A DNA stretch of 64,000 nucleotides from Octopus vulgaris (taxonomy: Eukaryota): the NCBI GenBank assembly GCA_951406725.2, contig OX597814.1, forward strand, positions 95,046,001-95,110,000. Reading direction: 5' to 3'. This document shows positions 52,450 through 62,999 of this stretch, piece by piece (position 1 is the stretch's first letter; each line of letters opens with the position of its first letter). The position numbers were made by a program, and so were the translations under genes. The notes beneath the pieces are model-generated. The model ran no database searches, had not been told where the DNA came from, and worked only from the letters and a program-made list of their open reading frames with translations.

Positions 52450-52799
52450 TCAGATAATAGTTTCAGTATTAATAGTTTCACTATGTATATGTTATAGTGA
52501 ACGTATTAATAGTGAAACCACTAAAACTGAAAGTATTATCTCACAATACAACAGAGATGTTATTGCTTCACTTTCGACACGTAAAATTGAAATGGTGTAA
52601 GAGATAAGCAATTGCTCCGGGCTCGCATTAGGCAAGAAGTTGAAGATTTTGGGGGCCGATGACACTGCGTGGTCCCTAAGTAAGGCATGTGTAAAATTTG
52701 AATGAAATCGGTTGGGTAGTCCTCGAGTTTTAGTGATGCACACATACAGACACACTCACGGACATACACACACACATTCTCAGTTTTATATGTATAGAT
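52450..52799 (-). mobile_element. Helitron-like 5' portion
   Basis: gtaaaatttgaatgaaatcgg...(caca)..cagttttatatgtataga, as in the other Helitron 5' ends. Confidence 0.55.
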
Positions 52800-52802
52800 A
52801 TT

Positions 52803-52834
<32 letters not shown>

Positions 52835-52924
52835 TTTAATCCAAACGGGAAAACAAAAAAACAACAACAATGGAACAATTACAGTATTATTATTAATAGG
52901 CGCTCAGGAAATGGAAGCAGGAGG

Positions 52925-52960
52925 GTATGACGTTTCGAGCGGAGCTCTTCGTCGGAAACA
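52925..52960 (-). ncRNA. Minimal type I hammerhead-like motif (CCGACGA core variant)
   Basis: tgttt-CCGACGA-A-GAGC-tcc-GCTC-GAAA-CGTC-atac; palindromic ACGT in place of stem III. Confidence 0.6.
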
Positions 52961-55574
52961 TAAAGAAGGAAGAGAGAGGAAAGAAAGATCCCAAAGCGGG
53001 CAACAGGGATAGAGAAAAAACGACTGGTGTTTACGAGTTACACATGGTGAAAGGCGGAAGTTTACGATAACAAGAGCAAAGTAGGTTTTTAAAGGCAAAA
53101 GAGTGGAGACAAGGTTGGTAACGCAACAGATGTGTGTGTATGTGTGAGTGTGTGCGTGTGCGTGTGTGTATGTGTGTGTGTGAGGCGAGATAAAAAAACA
53201 AAAAATATATGTATGTGTTAGTGTGTGCGTCTGTGTGTAGGCGTGTGAGGTAGGGCGAGACAGTGGTAGGCATAGCAGACACTGGTCAGTAGTAAGAAAA
53301 AGAAGGAAGGAGGAAGGGAGGGAGGGGAAGGGGTGGGGGCGTATGTAGCGTGCCAGCGTGTGTTGAGTAGTAGTGTGTGTGTGTGTCCAGTGTCGTGGTA
53401 GTATTAATAGCGAGTAGATTGAATGTGTGTAAGAGTAATGTATATATTTAAGCAAGGTGTGTATATGTGTGCGCGTGTGTGTAACAAAAAAGGGGGGGTT
53501 AAGGAAAAAGGACTCCAGCTGAGGGGAAGATGGAAGAGTGGTCCCGCGGAGACGGGCGTGGGAAAACCCAACGACAAGCGACGGTCCCAGGAACGAGCGG
53601 GAGGTCTCGTCGGGTCCAAGAGCGAGGTGCATGCGGCGCGTATGCGTGCGCGAACCGGCGCAAGCGCGTGTGTGCGCGCGCCTGCGAGTATGCGCGTAAG
53701 TGTGTATGTGTGTGGATGTGTGAGTGTGTCTGTGTGTATGTCTGGGTGTCAGTGTGTCCGATGAAATGTATGTGAGTATGTGTGTATATATGTGTGTGCA
53801 TAGATGTATGTCCGTGTGTGTGTGTGTGTGTATGAGTGTGTATGTATGTACGTGTGGGTGTGTGGAAGTGTGTGTATGTGCATGTGTGTGCGCGTACATA
53901 CAGGTGTGTGAGTGAGTGTGTGTGTGTGTATGTATGTGTGAGTGTGTATGTATGTGTGTGTAGGATGCATGTATGTGTATGGGTGTATGTATGTGTGTGT
54001 GTATGTATGTGTACGTGCGTGTGTGTGTGTGTATGCGTGTAGGTGTGCGCGTGTGCATGCATGCATGCATGTGCGTATGTGTGTGTGTCCATGTGTGTGG
54101 GTATATATGTATGTGCGTATATGTGTGTGTATGTGCGTACAGGTGTGTGTGTGTATGCATGTGTGTGTATGTAGGTGTGTAGGCGTGTGTGTATAGGTGT
54201 ATGTATGTAAGTATGTATGGGTGTGTCCGTGTATGTGTGTGTATGTATGTGTGTGTATAGGTGTGTGGGCGTGTGTATATGTGTGTGTATGTAGGTGTGT
54301 GGGCGTGTGTATATAGGTGTATGTATGTATGTCTGGGTGTGTCCGTGCATGTTTGTGTGTGTGTGTGTAAGCATGTGTGTGTAGGTGTGTGTGTACGTGT
54401 GTAATGTATGTGTGTATGCGTGTGTGTGCGTGTGTATGCGTGCGTGTGTGTATGTAGGTGCGTGTGTATGTGTGTTTATGTTGGTGTGTGTGTGCGTGTG
54501 CGTGTTTATGTTGGTGTGTGCGTATGTGAGTGTGAGTGTATGGGTGTTTGTCATGCATGTGTGTGCGCGTGCAGGTGAGTGTGTGTGTAAGTATGTGTGT
54601 GTGTGTTTGTGTGAGTGTGTATGTGTGTATGTCTGTGTGTATGTATGTGCGTATAGGAGTATGTAGGTATGTGTGTGTGTATGTGTATGGGTGTATGTAT
54701 GTATGTGTGTGTGTGTGCATGTGTATAAGTATATGTGTGTGTGCGTATGTGTGTGTATGTGTATGTGTGTGTGTTTATGTATGTGTGTATGTATGTGTGT
54801 AGGCGTGTGTGTGTAGATGTATGTATGTATGGGTGTGTGTGTGTGTGTGTATGTGTGTGTGTGAGTAGGTGTGCGTGTATGTATGTGGGTAGGGATGCAT
54901 GCGAGTGTGTGGGTATGTATGCATACATACGCACGCGCACATCCGAAGCAAGCCCACACACACGAAGCGCGCTCACGCACACAACGCGCAAGCAGTACAA
55001 CGCAAGCCCAAGGGGCCGACCAAGCCCCCAGCGCGCGCCAAGGCGCGCGAGCGCAAAGGCCCTCGAACGCCCCGCTACGCGGGAACCGAGGATCCATCAG
55101 CCAAAACCGGAAAGCAGTAAAGAGGGGGGGGTGCTGCCTGGATGCAAAAAGGTGTATGTGTGTGTGCATTCAGTGTAAGGGTGTGCATGTGTGGGTATGT
55201 ATGTATGTGTGTGCCTACATGTATGTGTGCATGTGTGTGTGTGTGAAGTATGTACGTGCGGTGTGTGTGTGTGAGTGTGTGTGTATGTATGTGCGTATGT
55301 ATGTGTGTATGTATGTGTGTATGTATGTCTGTGTGTGTGTGTGTGTGTAAGTATGTATGTGTGTGTGTATGTAGGTATGTGTGTGTGTATGTGCATGTTG
55401 GTTTGTATGTTAGTGTGTGCATGTATGTCTATAAGTGTGTGTGATTAAATGTGTGAATGTATGTACGTAGATGGGTCTACGTATGTGTGTGTGTGAACAG
55501 GCGTGTGGGAGGTAGGTGGGTGGGTGTGGGTGGGTGGTGTATCCGGGGAAAAAAAAAAAAAAAAAAAGGGGATC

Positions 55575-56186
55575 TCAAGAGGAGGGGGCTGTGTTAAGTC
55601 CGTGTGGGGTGGTAGTTTGTAGGGTGAAGATGTAGCGTTGCTCCAAGTGGAGCCTGGAAAGTGGGCGACCATTGTGGGGGGCGAGACCAAACACTGAGAT
55701 GTCATCTAGGGAATGGCCGGCCGAGCGGAAGTGGCGTGCGACGGGATAAAAAGAGTGTAGGCGAACGTCCCTCAAGTGTTCAGTGAAACGGTCGGACAAC
55801 CGGCGTCCCGTCTGTCCTACATACAGCATCCCGCATAGGTTGCATTTAATGCAGTAAATAAGGCCAGACGAGGTGCACGTAAAAGAGTGCCTAATGCGTA
55901 CAGTATGCTGGTTGGAGCCGGTGACAGCGGTGGTGTTGGTGATGAAGGGGCAAGTGTTGCAGCGGGATCTAGAGCAAGGGAATGATCCGTGTGGGGCTGA
56001 GGGGGAAGGAGAGAGGGTGCTGTGGACCAGGAGGTCACGCAGATTGCGGGCTCGTTTGAAAGAGGACAGGGGTGGGTTAGGGAAAATGGGGCGGGTGGTG
56101 GGATCAAGCTGGAGGCGACGGAAGGCACGTAGTATCTTGCGACGAAGGGGTAGGGTAGAGGGGTGGAAAAGGAGGGGGAAGGGGTG
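55575..56186 (-). CDS. PLE ORF C-terminus: Zn-finger linker plus GIY-YIG endonuclease (partial, 204 codons open)
   Basis: [97 protein letters not shown]; probable frameshift near 56185. Confidence 0.9.
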   Translation of the reverse strand, partial: HPFPLLFHPSTLPLRRKILRAFRRLQLDPTTRPIFPNPPLSSFKRARNLRDLLVHSTLSPSPSAPHGSFPCSRSRCNTCPFITNTTAVTGSNQHTVRIRHSFTCTSSGLIYCIKCNLCGMLYVGQTGRRLSDRFTEHLRDVRLHSFYPVARHFRSAGHSLDDISVFGLAPHNGRPLSRLHLEQRYIFTLQTTTPHGLNTAPSS

Positions 56187-56241
56187 CGGTTGGGGGGTGG
56201 GCGGGGGGAAGGAGACAGGGCGGTAGTGCGGTCGATGCGAC

Positions 56242-56297
<56 letters not shown>

Positions 56298-56303
56298 GAT
56301 ATT

Positions 56304-56342
<39 letters not shown>

Positions 56343-56376
56343 CTATGTAAGTATGCTGTAATGTACAACAGAATAA

Positions 56377-57063
56377 ATCTATGGATTTCACTACCTGCAT
56401 AAATTAATCTTAATTATATAAATAGGAGAGTCTAAAATATTTGTCTATCTATATAATTTCTCTGGCCACAGAAAAAGAGTGAGCTACATTGGTTCTTTAT
56501 TGAAATGTTATCAGTACCTGACTGCCTGTCTCTAACTGTCCAAAGAAGTACTGTATATACAGCAACGTTTATTCTGAGCTCTATTAAATGGGAGAAACGA
56601 TTTATATAAATATCTCATTTTTAGTTGCTTGTTCGATTAATAATCTAATGAAGCTTAGGTAATTTCCTTGTTTACGCTGTCTTTTAAAGTCTACTCTACA
56701 TCACTCGTGGACATCGTGTTCAATAAGTTATTTGCCGATTCCTGTTACCTGGACTATCATATTCACTCTACCAGCGCACATGTTAAAAGTGATGGTCAAC
56801 ATCCGACAAGATACGGAAAATTTGGAAAGCACCACAACTGTCCCATGATCTATGGATTTCAGTACCAGCATAAATTAATCTTAATTATATAAATACGAGA
56901 GTCTAAAATATTTGTCTACCGACAAGATACGGAAAATCTGGAAAGCACCACAACTGTCACATGATCTATGGATTTCAGTACCTGCATAAATTAATTTTAA
57001 TTATATAAATAGGAGAGTCTAATTTGGAAAATTTGGAAAGCACCACAACCGTCACATGATCTA
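56377..57063. repeat. ~116-bp tandem repeat (about 2.3 copies, 56803-57063) plus solo half-unit at 56377-56448
   Basis: atctatggatttcagtacc.gcataaattaatcttaattatataaata.gagagtctaa and ggaaaat.tggaaagcaccacaac.gtc.catgatcta repeated. Confidence 0.9.
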
Positions 57064-57270
57064 CAACTATATCTGTTTCGTGTTACAGTAGTATGTGTTC
57101 TGCTCCACGCCTCTTACGGTGGCCCAACAACGATCATTAGACGGCACATACTCTCGACTTCTGCGCAAGACCTTTAACATCTTTTATTCCGACTTATATC
57201 AGACAAGTCACTATATGGATCTTTAATGACCGTCAGCTAAAATTCGCAGGCCACTGTTTTTGTTGACTAG
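57025..57270 (+). pseudogene. RTE/RTE-X-like LINE fragment
   Basis: KIWKAPQPSHDLQLYLFRVTV..QQRSLDGTYSRLLRKTFNI..LYGSL..RQLKFAGHCF. Confidence 0.65.
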
Positions 57271-57514
57271 ATCACTGCGCCTTTTTTCTATAACCCTGTG
57301 GAAACGTTCAAGCCTTGTGATCAGGCTCGCGTGGTGTATGTCTATGACGCATGTCGTGGCGTATGCGGAACACAGGACTGTGCACTGTCTCCAAGTTAGC
57401 ATGCGCAATCCCATCTCACACAGTCTGGAAGAAAATTTGCTCTTCACTTTATGCTGTAATGTATTATATAATAAAGTTATAGACTTCAGCTAACACTGTG
57501 TGTGTTGGTTAAAC

Positions 57515-57695
57515 TTATATACTTAGGAAAGTCATAAGTTTTTTGATCAAATGGATTAGTTTTAATCTCTATTAAGATTTCATTAGCTGGTTGTTCTAAT
57601 CTCTATTAAGATTCCATATTTATATACTTGGAAAGTCAATATATTTTTGATCAACTGAATTAGTTCTAATCTCTATTAAGATTTCATTAACAGTT
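57515..57695. repeat. AT-rich tandem duplication (~105-bp unit; taatctctattaagatt x3)
   Basis: Direct reading. Confidence 0.8.
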
Positions 57696-58174
57696 GACTA
57701 CTCGTCTTTTATTTTTACAATGACACACTATATATAGCCACAATCATAAGCTAAATCATTTTGCATAAATAATATATTCTTGGTCGCTGATTTTATTAAT
57801 AAAATTCAGACGTGTTACATAAGACGAGCGAGAAATAATAGATTGAGATGTAGAGGGGGAAACGATGTAAAATATGGTAAAAGTGAGAGTTAAATTTGAG
57901 GTGTCTTGTAATTGAGAAGCTTTGACGTTAACAGATTAATTTACTTTTTTTTTTTAAGAAATCTAATCAGTAGAAACACAATACGTAGTCAGATTTTTTT
58001 TAATGAATTTGAGTGTATAGAAAATATTAAAAATCTGAAAGCTTGGCGAAGAGGATCTGATTAGCTTTACACTTGAAATCTAATCGAAGGGAAGTAATTT
58101 GCTTGGTCTAAATAATTAAAAATTAATTTCGAAATGTAAATACTTCAAACTAAACGGAAACGAAAGAAGTTTAG

Positions 58175-58351
58175 CCCGTTAACATTCAGATTACTCAGTC
58201 AAATGTAATGCTTTTTAATTAATTATGCATTATCTCATAGCTTTGAGGTTTTGATGATGTGATGGTTTCTTTTTAGAAACACATTGTAGAGTAGGTGTGA
58301 CATGTCAAATCTGGCCAGTTTGAACATACACCCTGTTTAAATGCTAAAGGA
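58175..58351. mobile_element. piggyBac-type MITE (decayed)
   Basis: ttag|cccgttaacatt ... aatgctaaagga|ttaa, i.e. degenerate TTAA-CCCTTTAGCATT termini. Confidence 0.6.
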
Positions 58352-58662
58352 TTAAATCATAAGAGATTTAAGGTAGCTTGCAGGCTAAAAAGTCAGGCAG
58401 AATGACTAAGATAGAATAATATTGATAATTTTTTAAATATGAATTACGCTAAAGATTTCTATAAAACTTCTTCATAAAGGGTTGTTTTCAAGCAGGTTAT
58501 TTTAAATGTATTCGTCGTGTATTTAAGAAAAATATAACAGGTAATGTACTGAAAATTGTTAAAAACTGACATAATGTAAAAATGATTAAAACAAGTACGT
58601 TGAAGCGATAATAAATTCCAGTAAGTTTTGTATTTCTTGGAAACTTGGACGTGAGAAAAAAG

Positions 58663-59106
58663 GGATCTTTTCGGTTTGAACGGCAGTTTTTTTCTAGCGG
58701 TGCCATATGAAATTGTCACCCATAATTATGACCCTAGTATCGATCTATTGCATTTCAATCTCTTTTAGGATTAGGGTTAGTTAGGGATAGGGTTAGGGTT
58801 AGGGTTAGGGGTGGGGGGAAGGGTATCTATTTTTCTTCACAAATGTAAATAAACCCAATCTGTTTCTTAAACGAGGGACATATTCATGCGGCACAGAATG
58901 TTTTCAGCTCAATAAACGTATTTGATTGGTTGAAATTACAGAAATTGAAGTAAAAAACAACAAATATCTTACAAACTATAGAATTTTCTCAATAAAGCCA
59001 AGAGAAAAAGATCTTTAATAAACACATTCTACCAGTATACGAAGTTTAAAATTTTTTAGGTACCTAGAAATTATGTTAAAAACTGCCGTTCAAACCGAAA
59101 AGATCC
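58663..59106. mobile_element. Young MITE, Merlin-like, carrying TTAGGG repeats
   Basis: Perfect 29-bp TIR ggatcttttcggtttgaacggcagttttt, perfect 8-bp TSD gaaaaaag (58655-58662, 59107-59114), (TTAGGG)-like tract 58765-58810. Confidence 0.9.
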
Positions 59107-59879
59107 GAAAAAAGTACATATGAAAATAGACATCTTAAGCTGCTGCAAAATGATTAGGTCAGGCAAGTATACATCTCAAGTTAAAGAAAAATGAAATCGA
59201 TACATTGAATTGACATTTGAGTATGAACTGCTTAAGATATTTTTTTGCGAATGACCGGATTTAGATAATAGAAAAAATAATGGGATATGTTACAGTTAAA
59301 TGTGACAATGTATTTTGCAATGAAATAGTATGAAAATGTATTGTGATTTGATAAGATAATGTAAGTATGAGATCAACTATTTTGGATCGTTACTGACAAA
59401 AGGAAAATTATATACCGTCATAGAAGTCACTTATCTTGAAGATGTTAATATATCTTTGAAAATAAGTAAGAAGTTAAATATTTTTGGAAACTGTTTCGAA
59501 TCCTAGTTTCTCTCTCCAGATTATAAAATCACATTTATACCAATAATTATTGACGGACTTAGCAATGTTTATAAATGCTTGGTTGACAGTTTAGAAAAGT
59601 TTGGATTTTCACTCAAAGAAAGTGGAATGTTAACATGCTCTTTACAAATATAATATACAAGCGGAACGTTAAAAATTTGCAAAAATTTTTTGAAGCTCAG
59701 CACATTTTTGTTGTTCTTATTTATATTCCAGATATGGAAGCTTTTTGTTTCTTTGTTAGAAATCAGCTCCTGCTTCATAGGAAGAATATTCTTTTTTAAA
59801 TACATAGCTTTGATTTTTTTACAACCTCGCCGCCTGCAGATAGGTGTCCAGCCAAAATATTCTCGAAAACTTTAATCAG

Positions 59880-60160
59880 AGGCGGAAAGGTGAATAGCTG
59901 AGTCGGTAGAATACCGGACAAAATGTCTTGAGGTATTTTGTCATCTTCCTTTTCTTTTAACCTCAGTTCCCACCGTAGTCAGTTTTGTCTTCAGTTCTTC
60001 TAGAGAGTAGAGAGAGAGAGAGTTGATAAATTACATGCCAGTTGTAATATTCGTTCCAACTGCCAGCGTTTTCAGTTCAAATCCAGTCAAGATCAACTTT
60101 GCCTTTGCTTTTTCTCAGGCCGACTGATAAAGTACCTGTCAAGTACTGAGGCCGATCGAT
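59880..60160 (+). mobile_element. Decayed SINE family B pieces
   Basis: Head aggcgg..gctgagtcggtagaatacc.gac.aaatg and core agttcaaatcc..caactttgcctt. Confidence 0.55.
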
Positions 60161-60163
60161 TCT

Positions 60164-60239
<76 letters not shown>

Positions 60240-60969
60240 ACACACACTCACCCACTCTCATACTCTCCATCTTTCTTTTACACAAGAAAGACGACGTCGT
60301 GCTGCTCAAAGGGTCGAGAGATGCACTCACAGCATCTGCTTCTCTAAAACTGGAGGACGGTTGAGTAGAGGACATACTACTTTTTGTGCAACAAAAACCG
60401 TCCACGGAAAGCCTCATATACAGCACAGCAGGAAACTTTAATAAATACGAATTTAATTTACATACAGCGGGTCAATTAAAACGACCATACGCCTAATCTT
60501 CAGCTTCGGAGCTTGTGCCTATTTTCAAAAATCAATATTATACCGAGGAAATGAATATTAATTAAAGTTAATTCCCATAAGAAAAAATATTTAATGCACA
60601 TTCAGACAAAAGTTTTGCTCCTGGCAACAAGTAATTTGGTTCATATTTTTATTATAAATGGAGTTTTGCCTGTAGCTTAAAATCAAACATGTAGATTCAT
60701 CGTTTAACAAACAGCTATGGTTTGAAAATCTGCGGGATGGATGTCGATAAACACTGAAAGAAGAAAATAGAAAAGAAGGCGAGAAAAAAAAACGACTTCC
60801 TCGTAGGCATAAAGATTTATACAAGTAGATAAATTTGAGTGTCTGTGAAGCTCCTGAGGTCAGTGTCTTGAGGCTACTTTTGTTCGTCTTTAGTTACTCT
60901 AATATGTTTGTGTGTATGTGTGTGTGTATATATACACACACATACGCACACACACACATGCACACATGT

Positions 60970-61115
60970 ATAGGCACAGGAGTGGCTGTGTGGTAAGAAG
61001 TTTGCTTCCCAACCACATTGTTCCGGGTTCAGTCCCATTGCTTAATAGAAGACACTTGCCCAAGGTTCTACATGTGGTTGGTAAGCAAGCTACATACCAC
61101 ACAGCTACTCCTGCG

Positions 61116-61119
<4 letters not shown>
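60970..61119. mobile_element. Two SINE A heads in inverted orientation (hairpin)
   Basis: ataggcacaggagtggctgtgtggtaagaagtttgcttcccaaccaca vs its inverse tgtggttggtaagcaagctacataccacacagctactcctgcgcctat. Confidence 0.85.
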
Positions 61120-61200
<81 letters not shown>

Positions 61201-61203
61201 TAC

Positions 61204-61252
<49 letters not shown>

Positions 61253-61255
<3 letters not shown>

Positions 61256-61431
61256 ACAAGGGATTGGCTTCACCCCTCACCACGCGCTGCAAGAAATAGA
61301 AGCTAAAAGCCACTATCTCCGCCTTAAAATCTCCGAGAATAACACACTCGGAAAATTAAAGGTGGTAATAGGGGCTTTTAGCTTCTATTTCTTGCAATGC
61401 ATGGTGAAACGTAAAGCTGATCCCTTGTTAT
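61253..61431. repeat. ~180-bp fold-back palindrome (MITE-like)
   Basis: ataacaagggat/atcccttgttat, tgcaagaaatagaagctaaaagcc/ggcttttagcttctatttcttgca, tccgag/ctcgga around a 9-nt loop. Confidence 0.9.
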
Positions 61432-61536
61432 GATTAAGTATATAATTATAAAATATTTTGTACAATTTACCTATGACGTTTTTATTTCTGCACTGTCTAC
61501 CTAGTAAAATTTTTTGATTTTACTCTTTATTATATA

Positions 61537-62053
61537 CTAGCAGTATCGCCCGGCGTTGCTCGGGTTTGTAAGGGAAATAACTATATAAGCATTTTTAGAG
61601 AGTTACTTCCTTTATAGATGCCAATTCAGGCTTTCTTAGCCATTTCTGTTTTGGTGTCTTCAAGCCATGAAGTCGTTGTTCTAAAAGAACGCTGGTCTCC
61701 TTGACAACGCTTTACGACGTTGATTTCCTTAAACTCCCTTCCCCACAGCTTCACGAGGGAGGGAAGAAGGGGAGAAGCAAACACAGGTGCAGGTGTTTGA
61801 GCGTGGACGCCAACTCCGCCGCCATCGACACACGAAAAATTATGCATTAAAATGGAATAAAAAAATTATGTTAAATTATTTTTAAAATCGTAGACTCATC
61901 GTTGACGCGCGCTAATAGCCAGACGGGCTCGATATTAATCACGACTATAAGATACCCGAATTTGGTTAAACTGCACCGCAAAATGTGGGAGGAGTTAGGA
62001 ATCTAAATCGTAGGAGACAGACACTCACACAACTACAGTTTTATATATATAGA
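61537..62053 (-). mobile_element. Non-autonomous Helitron
   Basis: Same 3' hairpin+CTAG terminus as 19431; 5' TC end in tctatatatataaaactg. Confidence 0.85.
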
Positions 62054-62062
62054 TATATATAT

Positions 62063-62677
62063 AATGTGAGGTATACTTGCCATCTCAATATGGCTAACCA
62101 CTAAGGGTGGGTGTTACTGTAGCTTGTAGCCCCAGGAAAACATCGTCTCCAGCTGGCTTTAGGCACACTTTCTGTGCTCTTATGGTATTTACAAAGGGAG
62201 GTCATCCTTCCCTCGTCAACCTAAGTGATACGCACGGACTGCAGTTTCTAGGTATTGACTTGTCTTCAGCGTACGACAATCACCGGTTTTCGATAAAAGG
62301 GTTCCAATGCAAATATTTATATCGTTTTTCCAGTAACTTTTCGTCACTGATCTCGAAAAACTGTATGCAAGCAATAATAAATCTCTGAACGAGGTATAAA
62401 CAGTAACTTGCACGACAATGTGAGGTATACTTGCCATCTCAATATGGTTAACCACTAAGGGTGGGTGTTACTGTAGCTTGTAGCACCAGAACATCGTCTC
62501 CAGCTGGCTTTAGGCACATTTTCTGTGCTCTTATGGTATTTGCAAAGGGAGGTCACCCTTCCCTCGTCAACCTAAGTGATACGCACGGACCGCAGTTTCT
62601 AGGTGACCTCCCTTTGCAAGTATACCTCACATTGTCGTGCAGTTACTGTTTATACCTCGTTCAGAGATTTATTATTG

Positions 62678-62678
<1 letters not shown>
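62063..62678 (-). mobile_element. Penelope-type insertion: tandem pseudo-LTRs plus inverted tail
   Basis: ~190-bp direct repeats at 62063-62253 and 62417-62604; inverted copy of 62371-62434 at ~62614-62678; (TA)n flanks; hammerhead at 62226-62282. Confidence 0.75.
62226..62282 (-). ncRNA. Type I hammerhead ribozyme motif with palindromic stem III
   Basis: gtacg-CTGAAGA-caagtcaataccta-GAAA-ctgcag-TC-cgtgc; helix I gtacg/cgtgc extended by tgat/atca; helix II poorly paired in this copy. Confidence 0.6.
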
Positions 62679-62715
<37 letters not shown>

Positions 62716-62999
62716 TTATAAAATGTATGTATGTAAATATGTATATGTATGTATTATGCACACATACGCTTATGCACACATACACACACACAACATATAC
62801 ATGTACATATATATATACACAACTATATATAAGCATATACACACGCACACACACACACATACACACACACACAAACATGAGAGTTATACCGGAAGTAATG
62901 TAGAAGTGAGTATAACTTTTATACTAACTGACATAGGGTTAACCAAATTGCACATTCTGGTTAAATAACTGTTTTCTCCCTACAAAGGCGTTACTCATC

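Larger units (their letters stand above)
52832..56245 (-). mobile_element. 5'-truncated Neptune-type Penelope-like element with 2.7-kb CA-rich 3' region
   Basis: Zn-linker plus GIY-YIG ORF at 55575-56245, pseudo-LTR terminus with hammerhead-like motif at 52925-52960, (TA)n on both flanks. Confidence 0.8.

Noticed and set aside
55060-55110. Minus-strand ctgatgg followed by hairpins as a hammerhead or HDV-like ribozyme
   Set aside because: No CTGATGA/GAAA pair, and no P1/P2 pairing consistent with the HDV fold
52904-55169. 418-aa and 556-aa His/Thr-rich ORFs
   Set aside because: The CA-rich strand rarely forms stop codons, overlapping frames are open as well, and the region lies in a PLE 3' UTR
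55817-56368. 183-aa Pro-rich ORF
   Set aside because: Mostly the wrong frame of the PLE ORF plus (TA)n; the homologous frame is 55575-56186
56803-57063. Repeat-spacer appearance resembling a CRISPR array
   Set aside because: Spacers are identical (simple tandem duplication), context is eukaryotic and there are no cas genes
58765-58810. Telomere or chromosome-fusion scar
   Set aside because: The TTAGGG tract is short and sits inside a TIR/TSD-bounded MITE
60270-60430. Two-hairpin segment ending in ACA (H/ACA snoRNA?) or short exon
   Set aside because: No ANANNA H box between the hairpins and the splice sites are weak
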